Shown here: positions 55,831 to 64,000 of the stretch, one piece after another
How positions within the stretch are numbered: position 1 is the stretch's first letter
Layout of the letters: every line of letters begins with the position of its first letter
Assembly: GCA_001189095.1 (NCBI GenBank)
Contig: LFCK01000002.1
Coordinates: 1,937-65,936, forward strand
Direction of reading: 5' to 3'
Length of the DNA: 64,000 nucleotides
Source: Parcubacteria bacterium C7867-001
GTDB lineage: Bacteria > Patescibacteriota > Minisyncoccia > Phycocordibacterales > Phycocordibacteraceae
The notes under the pieces: model-generated
Databases searched by the model: none
Told to the model about the DNA's origin: nothing
Seen by the model: the letters and a program-made list of their open reading frames with translations, nothing else
Made by a program: the position numbers and the translations under genes

Positions 55831-56775
55831 ATGCAGAGCGACATTCTTTTTTTCCTCGGTGTTTTCCTCTTTATCTTCATTGTGTGGGTCGCGACCGGCG
55901 GCCCTGATCGTCCGATCTCATTTGCAGGCCCCTATCTCTACCCCATCACGACCTCTGGCGTGAACGCGACCGCGTACGGCACTGCGCGCACGCAAGGAGA
56001 TGCGCCGAAAGGCAGCATCGGCTCGCAATTGAAGGGCGCGGAACAGAATCTCGAAGAGCTGAAGAAACAGGTCGCTGATCTTAAGACGTGGGGAGAGTCC
56101 TCGCCCTACCGCGGCCTCGTAACCATCGACCACAGTACAAGCGGCCCATCGGAAACTGATCGTAAGAAGGAATACGTCACCATCCGTCTTTCTTCGAGCG
56201 CAGACACCGACGTGAACATTAGTGGCTGGAAACTTGAATCTGCAGCGAGCAACCTCTCCGCAACCATAGGACATGGAGCGAAGACCGCGCGCACCGGCCA
56301 CATCAATAACGACGCGCCTATCGTCCTCACGCCGGGGGATTCCGCTATCATCGAAACCGGCTCCTCCCCTATCGGCGAATCCTTCAAGGAAAATATCTGC
56401 AGCGGGTACCTTGAGGAGTTCCAAGATTTCAATCCTTCCCTTTCGCAAAGCTGCCCTGCACCTGCGGATGAATTCAAATATTACGAAGGCAACGACACGC
56501 CGCGTGCTGATCAGTGCTACGACTACCTGAAGACACTTCGTCGCTGCACACTCACCACGGAAGTTCCGAAGGGTGCCTCAAGCGAATGTCGAAACCTCGT
56601 GCAGGATTACCTTAATTACAACGGTTGCGTGAGCGCCCACCAGAACGAAAGCAAATTCTACGGTACTGCGTGGCGCGTCTTCCTCGGAAAGAGCAAGGAG
56701 CTCTGGCGCTCCGCGCACGAGACCATCCGCCTCATCGACCAGAACGGTAAGACGGTCGACGTCTTCGCCTACTAA
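55831..56775 (+). CDS. Membrane-anchored protein with lamin-tail-like (LTD) domain and Cys-rich C-terminus
   Basis: N-terminal TM; EYVTIRLSSSADTDVNISGWKLES...IVLTPGDSAIIETG resembles LTD; 8 Cys in C-terminal 120 aa; followed by terminator at ~56781..56809. Confidence 0.55.
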   Translation: MQSDILFFLGVFLFIFIVWVATGGPDRPISFAGPYLYPITTSGVNATAYGTARTQGDAPKGSIGSQLKGAEQNLEELKKQVADLKTWGESSPYRGLVTIDHSTSGPSETDRKKEYVTIRLSSSADTDVNISGWKLESAASNLSATIGHGAKTARTGHINNDAPIVLTPGDSAIIETGSSPIGESFKENICSGYLEEFQDFNPSLSQSCPAPADEFKYYEGNDTPRADQCYDYLKTLRRCTLTTEVPKGASSECRNLVQDYLNYNGCVSAHQNESKFYGTAWRVFLGKSKELWRSAHETIRLIDQNGKTVDVFAY

Positions 56776-56823
56776 AAGACAAAACCCGCGCCACTGGCGC
56801 GGGTTTTCTGACGTTGAGCCTCT

Positions 56824-57075
56824 TCATGAGGTCCGTTCTTCGTAATCCGTCGGATCGAAGTCCCAGCGCGCGCCAAATATCCAGATCAGGATATAGAGCG
56901 CGAATAGCGTAGAGCCGATGTAATTCGTGTACGGAGTCGAGAGGATGAACACAAAGAAGATGAACGCTATCCGGAGCAGAAGCACCGGAAGTCCGAACGT
57001 ATAAGCGATGCCGCCGAGTATCCCAGCGACCCAGTTATGATCCGAAACTTTCTTGAACGGCTTGCGAGCAAGCAT
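56824..57075 (-). CDS. PspC-domain membrane protein
   Basis: Start refined to MLARKPFKKVSDHNWVAGILGGIAYTFGLPVLLLRIAFIFFV... Confidence 0.75.
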   Translation of the reverse strand: MLARKPFKKVSDHNWVAGILGGIAYTFGLPVLLLRIAFIFFVFILSTPYTNYIGSTLFALYILIWIFGARWDFDPTDYEERTS

Positions 57076-57251
57076 TACTGTCTCCTTTTCTTGCCTAAGA
57101 GGCACATTACGCCAGCGCCGCATTTTGTCCACTCATTAGAAATTACGCTATCTTTTTGCTAGTATCCAAGCACGCGCCCATATGGAAATGCCCATATGGC
57201 CGCTCGTTCGGCGAGACAGAGTGCCTTCGGGCATTCTATCTGCCTCACTTC

Positions 57252-57324
57252 GCGCCCATAGCTCAGTCGGTAGAGCAACTCCCTTTTAAGGAGTGGGTCC
57301 CTGGTTCGAGCCCAGGTGGGCGCA
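57252..57324 (+). tRNA. tRNA-Lys (anticodon TTT)
   Basis: Acceptor GCGCCCA/TGGGCGC, anticodon arm ACTCC-CTTTTAA-GGAGT, T-arm CCTGG-TTCGAGC-CCAGG; hairpin terminator at ~57333..57359. Confidence 0.85.
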
Positions 57325-57472
57325 CAAAGACGAAAATCCTGACCTGCGTCAGGATTTTTCGCTTTGTGCGAGGCGGAGCCATGTCGCCTTAGCGACGGCG
57401 AGCCCGGGTCGGGGTTGCGAGCTAGATTGCGAAGACATGGAGCAATCTAGCCGCAAACCGTGACCACATGAA

Positions 57473-57985
57473 TTAACTCTGATTTTCTAGTATTTCTCTA
57501 AAATTCTTCCTTAATTCCTCTTTGGCTTTTTTTAATTCATCTTCCGAAATTTCGTAAGCCTTATACCATTGATCATAAGATATTTTTCCATCCGCCAGCT
57601 GCTCCGAAAAGTTTGAACTTACTAAATTACTTAACACGCGAATGGAAGCGTCAATAAAATTTTGAATTGCTTCCGAGGAGCCTTGATTAAATAGAATCTC
57701 TTTTTTTAAGAAAAAAGATCTTAGGGCATAAAGTTGATTTAGAAGCATCTGAACCTCTTTTTTCTTTTCCTCTAGGCGATCTCCGCCAAACATTGAACCT
57801 TTCGTTGCAATGTACTTCCTTAGACTGTCTTCCAAATCGATAACTTTTTCGAAAACATCTTCAATATGCAGAAGTTGTTTTTCGTAAAGTTTCTCGAACT
57901 TATATCTTCGTTTGGCGAAAAAGTATGTAAGGACTGCGGCTGCCAACCCGCTTGCAAGGGCTTTAACTATATCGGGGTCCAACAT
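57473..57985 (-). CDS. Hypothetical protein, strongly AT-rich gene (probable horizontally acquired)
   Basis: 170 aa, N-terminal TM then K/E-rich coiled-coil-like region; base composition and codon usage unlike the surrounding high-GC genes; 1 nt after holA-like stop. Confidence 0.6.
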   Translation of the reverse strand: MLDPDIVKALASGLAAAVLTYFFAKRRYKFEKLYEKQLLHIEDVFEKVIDLEDSLRKYIATKGSMFGGDRLEEKKKEVQMLLNQLYALRSFFLKKEILFNQGSSEAIQNFIDASIRVLSNLVSSNFSEQLADGKISYDQWYKAYEISEDELKKAKEELRKNFREILENQS

Positions 57986-57986
57986 A

Positions 57987-58640
57987 TCAACTCAAATTTA
58001 GAGCCCACCTCTCCAAACTCTCCTTCAGTGGGAGCTCTCCACTCCTTGAGTCACTCAACAACTCAATCAAATCCCTCGATAACACCCTCGTCTCCTCCTT
58101 CGTCCACCCCTTCCCTCCTTTCTGCATCATGTCCCTCGCCTTCCAGTGAAGAAGACCATGCAGCATTTCGGGAGCATCTCCCTGCCGCTCTGCTTTTACG
58201 ATCTCCTTCCAGAGCGCGAGCGCATCCTTTGATGCGAGCGCGTTTACGAGCGCACCATTAAAACCACGCGCTGCCGGTTTTTCTTTTGCATCGACCGTGA
58301 AAACCTTTTCTGCTTTCGCTTCGATTTTCTTCGCACGCGCAGCGAGGAGTTTCGGTGCAAGAATTGCAACAACATTTTCTGAATCCTTAAGTTCTCCGAG
58401 ACGCTCGAGCACAAGCTCGCCTGCTTCGCTTAGAGCAAACGGATCATCAAGCAGAACGAGAGACTTCGCGTGGAAGAGTCCGCGCGATGAGAGTGCTTCG
58501 TTGAGGACCGCTTCCGAAAGATCGTCCGCCGGAATGCGAAGGTACGGAGCGTCAGGAGCTTTCGCACGGGCCGCAGCGACCCATGCGAACGCCTTTGCGC
58601 GCACCTTCCCTGAGTCAGAACCCGTAAAGAGGTAAATCAC
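57987..58640 (-). CDS. holA: DNA polymerase III delta subunit-like (HolA, short)
   Basis: MIYLFTGSDSGKV... N-terminus and overall pattern resemble HolA; weak. Confidence 0.45.
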   Translation of the reverse strand: MIYLFTGSDSGKVRAKAFAWVAAARAKAPDAPYLRIPADDLSEAVLNEALSSRGLFHAKSLVLLDDPFALSEAGELVLERLGELKDSENVVAILAPKLLAARAKKIEAKAEKVFTVDAKEKPAARGFNGALVNALASKDALALWKEIVKAERQGDAPEMLHGLLHWKARDMMQKGGKGWTKEETRVLSRDLIELLSDSRSGELPLKESLERWALNLS

Positions 58641-58709
58641 GCTTGTATTCTAGACCAAAAAAGCTAAGGGCGCTCCTTGCGGAGCGCCCTAGTCACACGC
58701 GATTCGTGG

Positions 58710-58844
58710 ATCAGTTGAGGAGTGGCTTCAGTACGAGCGCCCACATGAGCGCACAGTACAGAATCACGCCTACTGCCACGAGACCCGGTGAAAGCTTTTT
58801 CGGTTTCGGAACGTTCTGTTCCGAAGAACGAGCAGGTGAGATCA
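58710..58844 (-). CDS. Candidate 44-aa small membrane protein (not in ORF track)
   Basis: Translated by hand: MISPARSSEQNVPKPKKLSPGLVAVGVILYCALMWALVLKPLLN; GGAGG 5 nt upstream of ATG; between polA and holA-like genes. Confidence 0.35.
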
Positions 58845-58869
58845 TTCTGTCCTCCCTTGAACCCTTCTA

Positions 58870-61281
58870 TTATACCAACTTTGTTTGGTCTTGTAAAGCA
58901 TCTAGTTGTCCCCAGTTCTTCCCCGTCTTGCCCTCGGCTATGACTGGCACATTGTGCGCCTCCTCGAGGGGAAGGATAGATTCCATTACCTCCTTTATCT
59001 TAGGCGCGATACTGCCCACAATAGACTCCTCCACCTCGAAGACTAGTTCGTCGTGAACTTGGAGCAAAAGGTGCACTTTCTCGCGGACGCCCTCTTTCCT
59101 GAGCATTTCTTCGATGCGCACCATCGCGAGCTTAATGATGTCGGACTGCGTTCCTTGAAGCGGTGCGTTAATAGCCATGCGTTCTGCCTGCGCCCGAACA
59201 TATGGGAGTGACGATTTCATTTCTGGGAACTGGCGGCGTCGGCCGAAGATGGTTTCTGTGTAGCCGTGCTTACGTGCGAAGCCCTTCGTGCTCTCGAGAT
59301 ACGCGGAAAGTGTGGTGAAGGTGCCAAAGTAATCATCGTAGAACTTATGCGCTTCCGCGGTTGAGGAACCAAGCGAAGCACGGAGCGAATTTACGCCCAT
59401 CCCGTAGAGAATACCGAAGTTGATTATCTTCGCGCGTCGACGCATTTCGTAGTCGACCTTATCGGGCTCTACCTTGAATACTGCGGCCGCGACTTCCTTA
59501 TGAACATCGCGTCCCGAGCGAAAAATGTCGCAGAGCTTCTCATCGCCGGAAAGGATGGCCGCGAGACGTAGCTCGATTTGCGAATAATCGAGTGCAATTA
59601 ATACCGAGCCTTTCGGTGCGACAAACGCATTGCGAATAGCTTTCCCGCGATCGCTTCGAATCGGAATGTTTTGTACGCTCGGATTCGTGGTCGCCATGCG
59701 TCCAGTCACCGCGCCCGTCTGTATGAAATGCGGATGGATGCGCCCCTCCTTGTCCATAAGCGGCGGAATCGCATCGATGTAGGTGCCCAACAGCTTCTGT
59801 ATTTCCCGATATTCAAGGATATCTTCCACGATGGGATGGAGATCGCGGATTTTCTCGAGCTCGCTCTCGCGCGTCGAGCGCTGACCGGTCGAGGTTTTCT
59901 TCTGTCCCTTCGCAACAAGTTCAAGGTCATCGAAGAGAACTTCCGCAAGCTGCTTAGGCGAACCGACGTTGAACTCCTTCCCCGCATGCTTATGGATGCG
60001 CTTTTCAATTATTGAAAGCTCGGCGTGATATTTCTTTGCAAGCTCAGCGAGTGCCTTCTTGTCGATGAGAACGCCGTGCGTTTCCATCTCGCGGAGAATT
60101 GGCACGAGCGGCTTCTCGATGCTGTCATACACAAAGGAAAGCTTACCTGTTTCCTTAATGAGTCGCTCCAGCTCCACGTAGGCATCATCGAACTTGGTCT
60201 TCTTCGTGAATGCGAGTACGTCCTCGAGCGAAGGATTCGTGAAATCAGACGCCACAAGCCAGAGCATTACCTTCGCTTCGTCGAGACGAATAGGGTCAAC
60301 CGACTCCTCGTCTATCTCGTCTTCGATTTCTTCGTCTGCGTCGTCACCCTCATGACCGAGTACTGATTTTGCACGTGCGCGCAGCGAGCGGAATCCGAGC
60401 TCATCAAAGAGATTAAGGATGGTCGGAAGCTGCTTACCGTCCTTCCACTGGGAGTCTTCAAGTGAGAACGCGATGGGCGCGTCCGTCCGAATGGTCGCGA
60501 GATGCTTCGAAAAACGCGCATCCTCTTCATGCGTCTTTAAGAGTTCGACGATGCGCGGCTTAATACCGACTTCGATGAATTTTTTATCGCTCTTCGCGAG
60601 CGTCTTATACATATCCTCAATGGTGCCGAAGTTCTTGATGAGTTCCGTCGCCGTCTTTTCGCCGATGCCCGGTACCCCCTTGATGTTGTCGGACGGATCA
60701 CCGCGCAAGCCCTTGTAGTCCGCAATGAGGTTAGCCGGGAATCCGTAGCGCTCCTCGATGGCCTTTGCGTCGTAGAGGATGGTGTCATTGATTCCCTTCT
60801 TAAGGGTGTACACCTTCACGCGATCGCCCTCGGCGAGCTGCATGGTATCCATATCACCCGACGCAATGATGACTTCGAGTCCTTCCTCATTTTTCATGAG
60901 CTCAGCGACCGTGCCGAGAATGTCGTCCGCTTCAAATCCTTCGCGGTCGTACATAGGAATCTGGAACGCTTTGAACACATCGCGTGAGCGCTTCAACTGC
61001 GCGATGAGAAGTTCGTCTGTCTTTGCGCGCGTACCTTTATAGTCCGCATACACTTCGTGGCGAATCGTCGGCTTCGGAAGGTCATAGCACGCTGCGATGT
61101 AATCGGGTTCGAGGTCAGCGACGATACGCAGCAGCATCGACGAGAGGCCGTAGAGGGCTCCGGTTGGTTCGCCGGTAGGCGACGTGAAGTCAGGAAGCGC
61201 GTGATACGCGCGATGGATGATTGCATGCGCGTCGAGAAGGACGAGCTGCTTCTTCGAGCGGTTGATGGTTCGTTTAGGCAT
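58870..61281 (-). CDS. polA: DNA polymerase I (5'-3' exonuclease plus polymerase domains)
   Basis: FEN-like N-terminus, HhH (KGLRGDPSDNIKGVPGIGEKTA), pol motifs RRRAKIINFGILYG and QVHDELVFE; start refined to MPKRTINRSKKQLVLLDAH. Confidence 0.92.
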   Translation of the reverse strand: MPKRTINRSKKQLVLLDAHAIIHRAYHALPDFTSPTGEPTGALYGLSSMLLRIVADLEPDYIAACYDLPKPTIRHEVYADYKGTRAKTDELLIAQLKRSRDVFKAFQIPMYDREGFEADDILGTVAELMKNEEGLEVIIASGDMDTMQLAEGDRVKVYTLKKGINDTILYDAKAIEERYGFPANLIADYKGLRGDPSDNIKGVPGIGEKTATELIKNFGTIEDMYKTLAKSDKKFIEVGIKPRIVELLKTHEEDARFSKHLATIRTDAPIAFSLEDSQWKDGKQLPTILNLFDELGFRSLRARAKSVLGHEGDDADEEIEDEIDEESVDPIRLDEAKVMLWLVASDFTNPSLEDVLAFTKKTKFDDAYVELERLIKETGKLSFVYDSIEKPLVPILREMETHGVLIDKKALAELAKKYHAELSIIEKRIHKHAGKEFNVGSPKQLAEVLFDDLELVAKGQKKTSTGQRSTRESELEKIRDLHPIVEDILEYREIQKLLGTYIDAIPPLMDKEGRIHPHFIQTGAVTGRMATTNPSVQNIPIRSDRGKAIRNAFVAPKGSVLIALDYSQIELRLAAILSGDEKLCDIFRSGRDVHKEVAAAVFKVEPDKVDYEMRRRAKIINFGILYGMGVNSLRASLGSSTAEAHKFYDDYFGTFTTLSAYLESTKGFARKHGYTETIFGRRRQFPEMKSSLPYVRAQAERMAINAPLQGTQSDIIKLAMVRIEEMLRKEGVREKVHLLLQVHDELVFEVEESIVGSIAPKIKEVMESILPLEEAHNVPVIAEGKTGKNWGQLDALQDQTKLV

Positions 61282-61705
61282 AAGAAATGATACGTCCCTC
61301 TCCTTCAACCCGAAGCGAAATTGCGTGATCGGCGTTCGGTAGTCCGTCTGCAACGAGCTCCGGCCACTCGAGGCATACGAGTGTTGCTGGATCCTTCAGC
61401 AGCTCGTCAAAACCGAGCGCCGGAAGATCCTTTCCTCCTTTAAGCCGATACGCATCGATATGCGCGAGGCGCGCATATGGCCCCTTCCCTGTTGCATAGA
61501 CTTTCTCGAGCACGAACGTCGGACTCGTCACCGCGTCCTCAATGGCAAGCGCGCGAGCAAGTCCCTGCACAAAGGATGTTTTCCCCGCACCAAGCTCACC
61601 GATGAGCGTGACGAGGGTCGCCCCCTCCGTTTTCGGCGAAAGCTTCTGGGCGAATGCTGCTGCCTCTTCCTGCAGCATCTCGAGGTTGGCGAGGTGTTTC
61701 TCCAT
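61274..61705 (-). CDS. tsaE: tRNA threonylcarbamoyladenosine biosynthesis ATPase TsaE
   Basis: Walker A GELGAGKTSF, YjeE family. Confidence 0.85.
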   Translation of the reverse strand: MEKHLANLEMLQEEAAAFAQKLSPKTEGATLVTLIGELGAGKTSFVQGLARALAIEDAVTSPTFVLEKVYATGKGPYARLAHIDAYRLKGGKDLPALGFDELLKDPATLVCLEWPELVADGLPNADHAISLRVEGEGRIISYA

Positions 61706-61750
61706 CTACGCATTCTACCAAGCGAGGCTTCTAAGCGTTATCATGGCTGT

Positions 61751-63424
61751 ATGCCCGCTCATTTCGACTCCGACGCGCAAGACGCGAAGCTCGCCTCGAT
61801 GCGCGAGCAAGAAGAAGAGGATCTTGCTCGTATCCTTTCCGAGAAATACGGCCTTGTGTACGCCGACCTTTCCCTCGCCTCGATAAACGGCGACGCGCTC
61901 CGACTCATACCTGAAGAAAAAGCGCGTGAAGCGGAAGCGGTCGCGTTCGATAAGGTTTCGAAGAATGTCTCCGTCGCGGTGAGGAACCCGAACAACCCTG
62001 CACTCCCTCCCATCATTAGCGGGCTCGAAGAAATGGGATTGCGCGTCCAGCAGTTCATGGTGTCGCAAAAGAGTATCGATCGCGCACTCGCGCGTTATAA
62101 GGATCTTTCTCTTGCGCATGAAAGCACTGCCGGCACGTTCGACATTTCTGGCGCACAGCTCGATACCCTTTCAGCGCAACTCACGAGTGTGAAGGCGCTC
62201 ACGGACCACCTCGCGTCTATCGTCGAGCAAAAGAAAGGCGTGCAAATCTCTCGTGTGTTCGAGGAAGTGCTCGCGGCAGCATTCGTGCTCAAAGCGTCCG
62301 ACATACACATGGAGCCGGAGGAAACGCAGGTGCGTCTGCGTTTGCGCCTCGACGGTCTTTTGACCGACGTGTTCATGTTCGAGCCGAAGGGATACCACTT
62401 CCTCAACTCGCGCGTGAAGCTTCTTTCCGGATTGAAGCTCAACGTTACAAACCGCGCGCAAGACGGCCGCTTCAGCGTTGCGGTGAACGGAAAGGCGGTT
62501 GAGATACGCACCTCGGTCATTCCGGGGAATTATGGCGAGTCGGTGGTGCTTCGTATTCTCGATCCGAATTCCATACAGCGAACGTTCGAAGACGCTGGCG
62601 TGAACCCGAAACTGCTCGCGCGTTTGCGCGAGGAAATAAAGCGCCCGAACGGCATGTTGCTCACCACCGGTCCAACCGGCTCCGGTAAAACGACGACGCT
62701 CTATACCTTCCTTCGCGAGATGCATACGCCGGACGTGAAAATCGTCACGATTGAAGATCCGATTGAATATCACCTCGAAGGAATCGTGCAGACGCAGACG
62801 AACGGCAAAGACTACACCTTCGCTTCCGGACTTCGCTCCGTGCTCCGCCAAGACCCTGACGTCATTCTCGTCGGAGAAATCCGCGATGCAGAAGTCGCGG
62901 AAACAGCGATACAAGCTGCGCTCACCGGACACTTCGTGTTCTCAACGCTCCACACCAACAACGCAGCCGGCACCTTCCCTCGCCTTGTCGACCTCAAAGT
63001 CGATCCGAAGCTCTTTGCGTCCGCAGTTACGGTCGCCATGGCGCAGCGCCTCCTTCGCACACTCGACGACTCGACGAAAAAAGCGCGTCCCGCGACTGAC
63101 GCCGAAAAGAAGCTTATGGAGAAGGTCCTTTCAACGCTTACCGATAAATCACTCATCCCTGCGTCGTTTGATACGGTCTATGACGCAGTTCCGAGCGACG
63201 ACGGCTCAACCGGATATAAAGGACGGCTCGGTGTGCACGAAGCCATATTCATGGACGACGAGCTCGGCACCTTCCTCCGCGATAATCCGTCTGAGGGCGA
63301 CATTGCCAAGAACGTTATCCGTCAGGGCTACCCCACCATGGCGCAGGACGCGGTGCTTAAAGTACTCGCTGGTCGCACCACCCTCGAAGAAGTAACACGT
63401 ACGGTGGATCTCCCACGCGACTAG
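61751..63424 (+). CDS. pilB: Type IV pilus assembly ATPase PilB (GspE family)
   Basis: Walker A TGPTGSGKTTT, Asp box, His box (TLHTN), GspE N-terminal domain; start refined to MPAHFDSD (ORF track start 61460 is antisense overlap with tsaE). Confidence 0.9.
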   Translation: MPAHFDSDAQDAKLASMREQEEEDLARILSEKYGLVYADLSLASINGDALRLIPEEKAREAEAVAFDKVSKNVSVAVRNPNNPALPPIISGLEEMGLRVQQFMVSQKSIDRALARYKDLSLAHESTAGTFDISGAQLDTLSAQLTSVKALTDHLASIVEQKKGVQISRVFEEVLAAAFVLKASDIHMEPEETQVRLRLRLDGLLTDVFMFEPKGYHFLNSRVKLLSGLKLNVTNRAQDGRFSVAVNGKAVEIRTSVIPGNYGESVVLRILDPNSIQRTFEDAGVNPKLLARLREEIKRPNGMLLTTGPTGSGKTTTLYTFLREMHTPDVKIVTIEDPIEYHLEGIVQTQTNGKDYTFASGLRSVLRQDPDVILVGEIRDAEVAETAIQAALTGHFVFSTLHTNNAAGTFPRLVDLKVDPKLFASAVTVAMAQRLLRTLDDSTKKARPATDAEKKLMEKVLSTLTDKSLIPASFDTVYDAVPSDDGSTGYKGRLGVHEAIFMDDELGTFLRDNPSEGDIAKNVIRQGYPTMAQDAVLKVLAGRTTLEEVTRTVDLPRD

Positions 63425-63430
63425 AAAGAA

Positions 63431-64000
63431 ATGAGCGCTGAAAAACGTACATTCACACCGACCGAAGCAGACCTCACGTTAGTGCGTGAGACGCGAAAAG
63501 CAGCTGACCCGACAACAATTTCTGAAATTGGTCCTCAAGAACTGCGGTTTGCAGGAACTAGTCTGTATAGACGCAACATATATACCGATGAGGTCGGTAA
63601 CCGCTGGCACCAGATGAGCGAACATAAACATCCGCAAACACAGCAATTTCTCGCGGGACTTTTAAAAGGTCTTGTGAATATTTCTGACGTGGTGAAAGCC
63701 CCATCGGGCGAGTACGTTTCTAAAGAGCTTGATCTAGAAAAAATAAAGAAAGAGACCCTCTTGCCTGAGGTTGAAGCGGAGGTGGCACTCCTTGCTGTTC
63801 TTGGCGATGTTGACCACTCCTCCACCAAAGAGCTCTACCACCCAGACGGCGTTCTACACAATATACGCTACGAAGATGAACGAGTTGCATACTTTGATAC
63901 TGAGTTTGCTTTCCGTGGATTATTTGAAAAGCCGCAGGATGCCGTTGTGCCTCTAGCTGAGGAGGAGATGCGGAAAATGACTCAGCTTGGTTTTGATGAA
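63431..64000 (+). CDS. Partial ORF (runs off window): hypothetical protein with protein-kinase-like HxDxxxxN motif
   Basis: Hand-translated open frame from ATG 63431 to window end (MSAEKRTFTPTEADL...LYHPDGVLHNIRY...DTEF); lower GC than core. Confidence 0.4.
   Translation, partial: MSAEKRTFTPTEADLTLVRETRKAADPTTISEIGPQELRFAGTSLYRRNIYTDEVGNRWHQMSEHKHPQTQQFLAGLLKGLVNISDVVKAPSGEYVSKELDLEKIKKETLLPEVEAEVALLAVLGDVDHSSTKELYHPDGVLHNIRYEDERVAYFDTEFAFRGLFEKPQDAVVPLAEEEMRKMTQLGFDE

Noticed and set aside
62171-62932. 253-aa minus-strand ORF
   Set aside because: Antisense to pilB, which has intact Walker/His-box motifs
1-64000. CRISPR arrays / cas genes
   Set aside because: No regularly spaced short direct repeats seen on visual inspection and no Cas-like ORFs

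Overview
This is a dense, high-GC bacterial chromosomal segment of about 110 genes, mostly housekeeping. Several features point to a CPR/Patescibacteria-type genome: many short genes, several cell-surface proteins (PG-binding, SIMPL, lamin-tail-like), type IV pilus genes, weak Shine-Dalgarno sites, and no rplA next to rplK and no rplI after rpsR.

What is in the window:
- The 5' end of a 23S rRNA gene on the minus strand (partial, running off the window start), not linked to a 16S gene.
- Ribosomal protein genes: rplL, rplJ, rplK, rplS, rpsF-ssb-rpsR, rpsT.
- A secE-nusG-rplK operon with a consensus promoter and a leader hairpin.
- Aminoacyl-tRNA synthetases: metG, glyQS, ileS, argS.
- Replication and repair genes: ftsK, recA, recO, ruvA, ruvX, polA, holA-like, tsaE.
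- A thymidylate/folate cluster: glyA, dut, thyA, a HIT protein, a fused dCMP deaminase, a cytidylyltransferase-like protein, MTHFS, folA.
- A pilM-pilN-pilO cluster plus a separate pilB.
- Ten tRNA genes in three clusters, all called by hand.

The most unusual observations:
1. ileS carries an internal, apparently catalytically intact histidine-phosphatase (PGAM-like) domain, about 190 aa, where the zinc-ribbon segment normally sits.
2. A tRNA-Ser locus is flanked by partial 5' and 3' tRNA duplicates. Downstream lie a hypothetical membrane protein, two tRNA-Arg genes, a SAM methyltransferase and a patatin-like phospholipase of atypical composition.
3. A LAGLIDADG homing endonuclease gene sits in an AT-rich islet and overlaps the 5' end of tRNA-Leu(GAG).
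4. A strongly AT-rich hypothetical gene is wedged between tRNA-Lys and the holA-polA operon.
5. A 530-nt noncoding region lies next to a low-GC regulator-like gene.
6. A 44-aa ORF with a perfect RBS lies between polA and holA and is absent from the ORF track.

Limits: all coordinates of non-CDS features (tRNAs, promoters, terminators, repeats) were derived by hand from the sequence text and may be off by a few nucleotides.
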